23,161 nt of DNA from Bacteriovoracaceae bacterium (GTDB lineage Bacteria; Bdellovibrionota; Bacteriovoracia; Bacteriovoracales; Bacteriovoracaceae). The stretch lies in assembly GCA_049599895.1 (NCBI GenBank), contig JBMYPC010000044.1, forward strand, positions 1 to 23,161, in the 5' to 3' direction. The notes under the pieces are model-generated. The model was not told the DNA's origin. It did not search any database and saw only the letters and a program-made list of their open reading frames with translations. How positions within the stretch are numbered: position 1 is the stretch's first letter; every line of letters starts with the position of its first letter. The translations under genes and the position numbers were made by a program. Positions 16,482-23,161 of the stretch are shown one piece after another.

Positions 16482-18770
16482 TCAGAATAATTGTCCTATA
16501 TCAAAGTGGAATTGGCTACCAGCATCTTTGCCTTCTTCTCCAATCGGATATCCGAACTCAAAGCGCAGAACACCAATTGGCGAGAACCAACGGAAACCAA
16601 AACCATAATCTTTATAGAGTTTAATATCGTTGTAATCACCAGCATGCCCAGCATCAAAAAAGAGAACCCATTTAAGACCTGCTTCACGGGCAAGAGGATG
16701 CTCCAATTCAAGTGACGTAAAAGAGGCAAAAAGCCCACCAGTATTGAAGGTGCGAGTAAAACCGTTAGTGTCTTCAGTAGTAACGAGTGGCCCAACAGCT
16801 TCAAAGTTGTACCCTCTTAAATTTCTTGAACCACCAAGAGTTAATTTTTCTGTTCTTGGAATCGCCTGGCCATTAACCCTTTCAAGTTTTGCTCCATATA
16901 ATCTTGAGCGGAATACTAGGTCTCCAACCACTGAGTGAAAATATCTTAAGTCCACTTCGTTCTTAAGCCATTTCTTATCTCCACCAACACCGGCATATTC
17001 AATAGCGTAGCTTGTGTAATAACCTTTAGAAGGTTCAAAACGATTGTTTCGGGTATCGCGAACAATACTCTTTCTCACAGCTGATGCGATACCGTTTTCA
17101 ACATTAAGATCAATTGTTGGATCAGTGGTACCGGTGATTGTTGTGTCTTCAAGTTTGTAAGTTAAAAAGATTCTTGTGTAATCAAAGATCGGATAACCAA
17201 CTCTTAAGTTGAAAGCCTTTCTTTCATATTGAAACCCGTTACTTCTTTCGTTGTTTGAAAGACTAACTTCACCACCACCTGTCCATTTTGTGTCAAAAAG
17301 ATAAGGTTCAGTGAAACCAAGACTTACGTTCTTTTGTTTGCTTGACCAGCTAAGACTAAATTTTAAAACCTGACCAAGACCTCTAAAGTTATTCTGAGAG
17401 ATTGAAGCCTGAAGAAACTCTCCTGTTGCCGTTGAATACCCAGCACCAAGAGAAAGCTGGCCTGTATTTCTTTCTTTAACAGTAATCTCAACATCGAGAA
17501 CATCATCTCTTTCTTTTGAAGTTACCGTATTAAAGATAACGCTTCCTGGTTCAAAGAAACCAAGACGGTTTACGTTTTCTTTTGACCTTCTCATTGATGA
17601 ACCAGAATACTTTTTCCCTTCAACAATCAAAAGCTCTCGCCTTACAACTTTGTCTCGAGTTTTCGTGTTCCCCTTAACTGTCACCTTTCCAAAATAAGCA
17701 ATCTTACCTTTTTCAAATGAGAATTCGACATCGACTTTGTTCTCACCTGGAACAATCTTTAGAGTTCTGAGAACGTTAGCAAATGCGTAGCCCTTGTCTT
17801 GATAAAGCTCTGTAAGAACTTGAATATCTTTTCTTAAAACAGCTTCTGAATAGGTTTCGTTTTCTTTAAGTCTGGTTTTTTCAACAAGTTCAGGCTCAGT
17901 AAAGAGAAGCTCTCCTTGATAAGAGATTTTATTAACAGTGAATTGAGGTCCCTCAGTCACTTTAATCGTAATGAAAACCCATTTTTTGTCTTCAGATACT
18001 GTCACTTCAGGAGATCCAACATTAGCCTGGAGGTAGCCCTTAGTATTGTAGAAGTATTTAATTCTCTCAATATCTGTTTGGAAGTTGAACTCTTTAAAGT
18101 TTCCAGAGTTAGACATAAAAGAAAAGAGACCCTCTTCACGGGTTTCCATAATGTCTTTTAGCTCTTTGTCTTGGAAGGCCTTGTTACCAAGGAATGTAAT
18201 TTTTTTGACTCGAACTTTATCAAATTCATTAATTTTGAAAACGATTTTGATGTTTTCCCCTTGGGCCTTTCGAATCTCATGTTCAACGTTAGCAAGGTAG
18301 AAACCTTTTTCTTCATATAGTTTTGTTAGGGCCTTAACGTCAGCTTTAACAGTATTGATATCGAGAATTGAAAACTCTTTACTCTTAAGAACTTCTTTAA
18401 GATCGTCTTCACCGACTTCATCACTTCCTTCAAAAAGAATTTCAGAGATGATTGGTTTTTCTTTGACAATAAAGATAAGAGAGTTCTTTCCCTTAACTCT
18501 TTTTCGATGGGCCTCAACAGAGTCGAAGTATTTCATTCGATAAATTTGAGTCAGTGATTTTCTCAAAAGATAATTATCGAGGCGCATGCCTTTTTTAATT
18601 GAGATCTTTTCAAGAACGGCTTCTTTTTCAACTTTTTTCAAACCACGAACTTCGATTCTCTCAACGGTAAAAAGAGAAACCTTCTCTCCCAAATCATCAA
18701 TAGAGTAGGTGCTCGAGCAAAAAAAGAAGCTCAAGAAAATTAGAAAATTCAGCAAAAGCTTTTGGTTCAA
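16482..18770 (-). CDS. bamA: Outer membrane protein assembly factor BamA
   Basis: POTRA repeats (IEVRGLKKV, ITFLGNKAF, YQDKGYAFA, GNTKTRDKVVRREL), ERNTGQLSLGAGYS, LRGY loop-6 motif, GFRWFSPIGVLRFEFG, C-terminal FHFDIGQLF. TTG start. Confidence 0.98.
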   Translation of the reverse strand: MNQKLLLNFLIFLSFFFCSSTYSIDDLGEKVSLFTVERIEVRGLKKVEKEAVLEKISIKKGMRLDNYLLRKSLTQIYRMKYFDSVEAHRKRVKGKNSLIFIVKEKPIISEILFEGSDEVGEDDLKEVLKSKEFSILDINTVKADVKALTKLYEEKGFYLANVEHEIRKAQGENIKIVFKINEFDKVRVKKITFLGNKAFQDKELKDIMETREEGLFSFMSNSGNFKEFNFQTDIERIKYFYNTKGYLQANVGSPEVTVSEDKKWVFITIKVTEGPQFTVNKISYQGELLFTEPELVEKTRLKENETYSEAVLRKDIQVLTELYQDKGYAFANVLRTLKIVPGENKVDVEFSFEKGKIAYFGKVTVKGNTKTRDKVVRRELLIVEGKKYSGSSMRRSKENVNRLGFFEPGSVIFNTVTSKERDDVLDVEITVKERNTGQLSLGAGYSTATGEFLQASISQNNFRGLGQVLKFSLSWSSKQKNVSLGFTEPYLFDTKWTGGGEVSLSNNERSNGFQYERKAFNLRVGYPIFDYTRIFLTYKLEDTTITGTTDPTIDLNVENGIASAVRKSIVRDTRNNRFEPSKGYYTSYAIEYAGVGGDKKWLKNEVDLRYFHSVVGDLVFRSRLYGAKLERVNGQAIPRTEKLTLGGSRNLRGYNFEAVGPLVTTEDTNGFTRTFNTGGLFASFTSLELEHPLAREAGLKWVLFFDAGHAGDYNDIKLYKDYGFGFRWFSPIGVLRFEFGYPIGEEGKDAGSQFHFDIGQLF

Positions 18771-18869
18771 CGTATTGTCTCTCGTCTTATTCTTACAACT
18801 GTGCGTTAAATTAATCCTTAACAGAGTAGAAAAATACCAATTAATTCATAAACTTACAATCAAAGACAA

Positions 18870-19772
18870 CTATTCTTGATCGGTGGGTGCTTTTGAAAGA
18901 AGCATCTCGGATTCTTCAATGACTTTTTGAGTTTCCTCAATGAGCTCTTCAGTTGTACTGCGGTGAATAGGTTTTTCTTTAGGGGCTTTGATAATGGGGG
19001 TTTCAGGCAGTTCAGAAGGTTTATTTGACACAGTTTGTGACTCAACTTGGTCTAATTTTTTTTCTAAAGAATTTGCAGGTTCTGAAACTTTACTAGGTAC
19101 AACTCTTTCGCCTTCGACGTTTATTCCGTCACGCATTACAATTTGTTTTTCAAACTCAGAGGCAATTTCTAAATCATGGGTCACCATTATAAGTGTCGCG
19201 TTATACTGCTTTGCTAATTTCTTTAAAAGCCTCACAACTTTTTCGGAGTTTTCAGAATCAAGATTCCCAGTGGGCTCGTCACAAAGAAGAAGCTTCGGCT
19301 CAAGACTAAGGGCCCGAATAATATTAATTCTTTGTTGCTCTCCCCCACTTAACTCAAAAGGATATTTCTTTAAACAATGAGAAACCCCTAGCTCCTCAGA
19401 AAGCTCTTTGACTTTTTCTTTAGTCTTTTTGATTGATCCGCCACTAATCTTGCAAGGAAGAAGCATATTATCAAGGCAAGTCATTGAAGGAAGAAGAAAA
19501 TGGAATTGAAAAACAAACCCTACTTTCTGATTTCGAAATTTAGCCAGTTCCTCATCATCAAGCTTATGAATATCGAGACCATCAACTTTGATCTCACCTT
19601 CTTTAGGTTTCTCGAGTCCCCCTAAAGTATAAAGTAAGGTTGATTTACCTGAACCTGAAGAGCCGACAATGACATATTGCTCGTTTTCTTCAAATCCTAA
19701 ACTCACCCCATCAAGGGCCTTCACTTTCCCGTAATGCTTTTTTAAATTTTGAACTTCAATAAACTGTCCCAT
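18870..19772 (-). CDS. lolD: Lipoprotein-releasing ABC transporter ATP-binding protein, with C-terminal extension
   Basis: GSSGSGKST, RNQKVGFVFQFHFLL, LSGGEQQR, DEPTGNLD, VTHD. ATG 19772 follows GGAG (alternative ATG at 19784). Lies between a LolC/E-like permease and bamA. Confidence 0.85.
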   Translation of the reverse strand: MGQFIEVQNLKKHYGKVKALDGVSLGFEENEQYVIVGSSGSGKSTLLYTLGGLEKPKEGEIKVDGLDIHKLDDEELAKFRNQKVGFVFQFHFLLPSMTCLDNMLLPCKISGGSIKKTKEKVKELSEELGVSHCLKKYPFELSGGEQQRINIIRALSLEPKLLLCDEPTGNLDSENSEKVVRLLKKLAKQYNATLIMVTHDLEIASEFEKQIVMRDGINVEGERVVPSKVSEPANSLEKKLDQVESQTVSNKPSELPETPIIKAPKEKPIHRSTTEELIEETQKVIEESEMLLSKAPTDQE

Positions 19773-19789
19773 CTTGGACTCCATTTTCC

Positions 19790-20998
19790 TTAAGCAAATT
19801 CTCGTCTTAGACCATCAAGAATGCTCTTTTTCTTGTAACGAATAATTCCAAAGAGATTAATCACCACCAACCAAACAAAGGCGATGAAGAAAACCGTTAA
19901 GTAATCTTTTAGTTTTAAAGAAAGCTTTAGACCGCCAATGATATAGACATCACCAGGAATTGAAAAAACACTGAGATTCTGAAGAAGATAATCAAAAATC
20001 TCAACAAAAACCAGAGAGAGAGCACATCCACCAGCAAGAAGAGAGAGGGTGAACAAACTCATATATTTAATAAGCTCCATTCGGCTCAGCCCAAGAGCCT
20101 GCAGTAAAAAGATTTCACGAATTCTTTTTTCATTCATAAAGATAATGAAAGCGAGAACATTAAACATCGAAACTAAAACAATGAGTTGAAGAATCATACT
20201 GATCATCACTTTTTCAACCTCTACTGCTTGAATGAGAGGCGCGTATTCCTCCCAATAACTCCGTATAGAGTAAGTTGGACCCAAACGATCCTTTAAAAGA
20301 TAATTCACCTCTCGAATTCGATTCTCATACTCTTCAGATTCAAGATGATCTGTGACTTTTATGGCAACAGTGTTCGTGAGATCAGTAAGGTCCATGAGCT
20401 CTTGTAATTGCTCCAGCCTCACATAGGCAAAACGACTATCTTTTTCAAAAATTCGATGGGTGACATTTTTTTTATAATTGAACTCATGAAGTGCAGGAAG
20501 ACCTGAAAGCTCTCGGTTCCCATCGGCTATCGCGATGACGACCCCCTCATCCGGCTCAAGCTCCAACTTTTTTGACAATTCTTTTCCAAGATAGACTTCT
20601 TTCTCTTTCGGATCCACTGAAAGACCACTAATAAAAGAAAACTTTTCAGAATCGACACCTTTAACAAGAATTCCCTGTGAGCTTCCCTCATGAACGAGAA
20701 ATCCTTCAGTTTGAATAAAGCTTGTATAATCAATACCTTCTATTTCACTTAAAACAGTATAGAGCTTATCTTTTTGATCTAAGAAGCCTTCTTTAGAATA
20801 AACAATCACATCGCCATTCGATTTATTAAGACTTGATTTAAGTGACTTAACAAAACCATCCATAATGCCAATGGTTGAGAGAATCACCGAAATTGAAAAG
20901 CCCATACCGATTACAATAGCAACTGAAAAAAGAATGCTTGATCGATCATAAAGAAAGATTTGATGGAAGCTTAAAATAAGCTCTTTTAATCTTCTCAT
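19790..20998 (-). CDS. LolC/LolE-family lipoprotein-releasing ABC transporter permease
   Basis: MacB/FtsX topology: one N-terminal TM ending IGIMDGF, a large periplasmic domain and three C-terminal TMs; EIFLLQALG and IPGDVY motifs; adjacent to lolD. Confidence 0.88.
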   Translation of the reverse strand: MRRLKELILSFHQIFLYDRSSILFSVAIVIGMGFSISVILSTIGIMDGFVKSLKSSLNKSNGDVIVYSKEGFLDQKDKLYTVLSEIEGIDYTSFIQTEGFLVHEGSSQGILVKGVDSEKFSFISGLSVDPKEKEVYLGKELSKKLELEPDEGVVIAIADGNRELSGLPALHEFNYKKNVTHRIFEKDSRFAYVRLEQLQELMDLTDLTNTVAIKVTDHLESEEYENRIREVNYLLKDRLGPTYSIRSYWEEYAPLIQAVEVEKVMISMILQLIVLVSMFNVLAFIIFMNEKRIREIFLLQALGLSRMELIKYMSLFTLSLLAGGCALSLVFVEIFDYLLQNLSVFSIPGDVYIIGGLKLSLKLKDYLTVFFIAFVWLVVINLFGIIRYKKKSILDGLRREFA

Positions 20999-22139
20999 CT
21001 ACTCTTCCTCCTCAGAAACGGCCCCAACAGACCATCTTAAAAAGGCGTCCATAAAGCCATCAAGATCTCCATCGAGAGTTTTATCAGGATTAGAAACTTC
21101 AAAGTTTGTCCGATGATCTTTCACCATTTTATAAGGATGGAGAACATAACTTCTAATCTGCGCCCCCCAACCAATTTCTTTTTTCCCAGCTTCTTGTTCA
21201 GCTTCTTTTGCTTTCTTTTCTTCTAAGGCCTTTTCATAAAGTCTGGATTTTAAAACCTTCATGGCCTGTTGTTTGTTTTGAAGTTGAGACCTTTCATTTT
21301 GGCAGGTCACAACGATCCCTGTTGGAAGGTGAGTTATTCGAACCGCTGAATCAGTAGTGTTAACCGACTGTCCACCAGCCCCTCCGGCTCTATAAACATC
21401 GATCTTTAAATCTTTATCGAGAACTTCAATTTCAATATCGTCATCAATTTCAGGAGTAATAAAGACAGAGGCAAAACTTGTATGTCTTCTTGCATTGGAA
21501 TCAAATGGAGAAATCCGAACAAGTCTATGAACTCCTGTTTCGGACTTCAGTTGCCCATAGGCATAGGGCCCAGTAGCAGTAAAAGTCACAGATTTAATTC
21601 CCGCTGAATCCCCGGGTTGTTCATCTAATAAAGTCAGTTTAAATTTTTTAGCTTCACACCAACGCATGAGCATTCTGTAAAGCATGCTGGCCCAATCACA
21701 TGACTCTGTTCCTCCAGCACCGGCATTAATAGAGATGATCGCATTATTGGGATCCGCTTCTTCAGATAGGAGAACTTTTAATTCCGCTTTTTGATAAGAA
21801 TCAAGAAAGTTTTGGAAAGTACTAAGACTGTCCGCTCTAGAATCCTCATCTCCCTCTTCAGCGTATTCAACAAGAATATCAACTTCTTCAAGAGTCTCAC
21901 TTAAAGAGAGATAAAGTTTTGTGGTGTCCTCTAGTAAAGCTTTTTCCTGCTGAACTTTTGCAGCATTGTCAGGATCGCTCCAAAAGCCTTCTAAGGATTC
22001 GAGTTCTGAGATTTCTTCAAGACGAGCGAGTTTTTTATCAACTTCAAAGTGACCTCCGAAGAAGAGACAATTTCTCTTGATAGTTCTTCGTGAGCCCTTT
22101 TAGTGCATCAAATTCAATTCTATTGGTTTCAGTCGCCAT
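20999..22139 (-). CDS. prfB: Peptide chain release factor 2, translated via programmed +1 frameshift (~379 aa)
   Basis: ATG 22139 opens a 31-codon ORF (MATETNRIEF...LLRRSL) ending CTT-TGA-A at 22049..22043. The +1 frame is open from 22045 (EVDKKLARLEEI...GFWSDP...INAGAGGTESCDWASML) into the tracked ORF, which has SPF (RF2 anticodon) and GGQ. Confidence 0.97.
22043..22057 (-). promoter_or_regulatory. prfB programmed +1 ribosomal frameshift site
   Basis: GGAGG-TCA-CTT-TGA-A: internal SD, 3-nt spacer, slippery CTT-T and an in-frame UGA. Confidence 0.95.
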
Positions 22140-22144
22140 GATAT

Positions 22145-22693
22145 CTATCCAAGCTCTTTTATCATTTTTTTGAGAAGTTTATGCTGAAGATCAAACATCT
22201 CGTCTTCTTCAGTTTTTGAACGTTCATGATCATACCCTAAAACATGCAAAAACCCATGACAGAAAAGGTCGAGAAACTCTTCGACTTGGGATACTTGACG
22301 AGATTTCGCCTGTTTTAGAAGTACATCAAGACAGATAAAAATGTCTCCTAGGTTTAAATACTGTGTCAATTCATATTCAAAGACCCGGCCTGGATACTCA
22401 TGGACCGGGAACGAAAGAACATCGGTGGCATAGTTTTTCCCTCGATAGTCATTGTTGAGAGTTTTTATTTTCTTTGCTCCGCAAAGCGTTAATGAAAGCT
22501 CGAAGTCTCTCTTTCCAAAGCCTGATTTTTTTGACTCTGCGTCTAAGAATTTTGAAAAATGCTTCAAGGAAAGCTCAAGTAATGTCTTTAATGAAACTTT
22601 TTTGCTTCCCCTAACTACAAGTTTCTCCTGTGCAACAGTTGAGCGGAAAAAAAGGCTTGAGCCTCGAGCTTGAATTTGATGTACTCTTTTCAT
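22145..22693 (-). CDS. ybeY: rRNA maturation endoribonuclease YbeY
   Basis: LNNDYRGKNYATDVLSF, LGDIFIC, HGFLHVLGYDH. ATG 22693 follows AAGGA; the tracked start at 22726 would overlap mazG. Confidence 0.93.
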   Translation of the reverse strand: MKRVHQIQARGSSLFFRSTVAQEKLVVRGSKKVSLKTLLELSLKHFSKFLDAESKKSGFGKRDFELSLTLCGAKKIKTLNNDYRGKNYATDVLSFPVHEYPGRVFEYELTQYLNLGDIFICLDVLLKQAKSRQVSQVEEFLDLFCHGFLHVLGYDHERSKTEEDEMFDLQHKLLKKMIKELG

Positions 22694-22719
22694 AGAAACT
22701 TCATCCTTGGAAATAGAGT

Positions 22720-23161
22720 ATGTCATCCTTTGTGGAATTCGAAAATGCTTATAAAGTCGTAAAAAAACTAAGAGATCCTAATGGAGGCTGTCCCTGGGAT
22801 TTAGAACAGACCCATAAAAGCCTTGCTCAATTTGCTGTTGAAGAAGCCTATGAACTCTCTCATGCCATTGAAGAAGGTGATCCTAAGGCCATTGAATCTG
22901 AACTAGGGGACCTTTTGTTGCAAGTTCTTCTCCATGGAACAATTGGTGAAGAAAATAAACATTTTGATATTGAAAGTATTTCAAAAGCTTTAAGTGATAA
23001 AATCATCGGTCGCCATCCTCATGTCTTCGGCGAAGATGCTGAAAAAATCTCTTATGAAGAAGTCAAAGACCGCTGGGAGAAGATGAAACAAGAAGAAAAA
23101 GCAAGTGCCTCGAAAGGCAGCTTCTATATCTCTCAAGAAGATGCTTTTTGCCCCTCTTTAA
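22720..23161 (+). CDS. mazG: Nucleoside triphosphate pyrophosphohydrolase MazG (5' part, runs off the window)
   Basis: Not in the ORF track. Manual translation from ATG 22720 gives MSSFVEFENAYKVVKKLRDPNGGCPWDLEQTHKSL...EEAYE...ELGDLLLQV...RHPHVFG, with no stop before the window end. Confidence 0.95.
   Translation, partial: MSSFVEFENAYKVVKKLRDPNGGCPWDLEQTHKSLAQFAVEEAYELSHAIEEGDPKAIESELGDLLLQVLLHGTIGEENKHFDIESISKALSDKIIGRHPHVFGEDAEKISYEEVKDRWEKMKQEEKASASKGSFYISQEDAFCPSL

Noticed and set aside
18771..18869. AT-rich lolD-bamA intergenic region as an internal promoter
   Set aside because: Plausible, but I could not identify a convincing -35/-10 pair.
21686..22139. Apparent gap or prfB pseudogene in the ORF track
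   Set aside because: It is the 5' part of an intact prfB joined by the programmed +1 frameshift.
1..23161. CRISPR arrays, tRNA/rRNA genes, IS elements, prophage or defence genes
   Set aside because: No spaced direct repeats, RNA-gene signatures, or transposase/integrase/phage motifs were seen. Intergenic gaps are short and accounted for.

Overview
Low-GC bacterial chromosomal DNA, most likely a Bacteriovorax/Halobacteriovorax-like member of the Bdellovibrionota (inferred from gene order and protein style, not from a search). Almost everything is on the minus strand. Read from the right end, there is an envelope-biogenesis and translation cluster: ybeY, prfB (with a programmed +1 frameshift that the ORF track missed), lolC/E-like, lolD, bamA, skp, lpxD, fabZ, lpxA, a GnnA-like oxidoreductase, lpxB, lpxK, a DUF3108-like lipoprotein, a degenerate GT4-like protein and rpsA. 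A partial mazG runs divergently off the right edge. After the rpsA terminator lies a separate, tightly coupled three-gene unit of unknown function: a 670-aa lipoprotein, a 977-aa lipoprotein metzincin metalloprotease and a small outer-membrane beta-barrel, with a G8/C8 tract upstream. This unit is the best candidate for an undescribed system. I saw no rRNA, tRNA, CRISPR array or mobile element.
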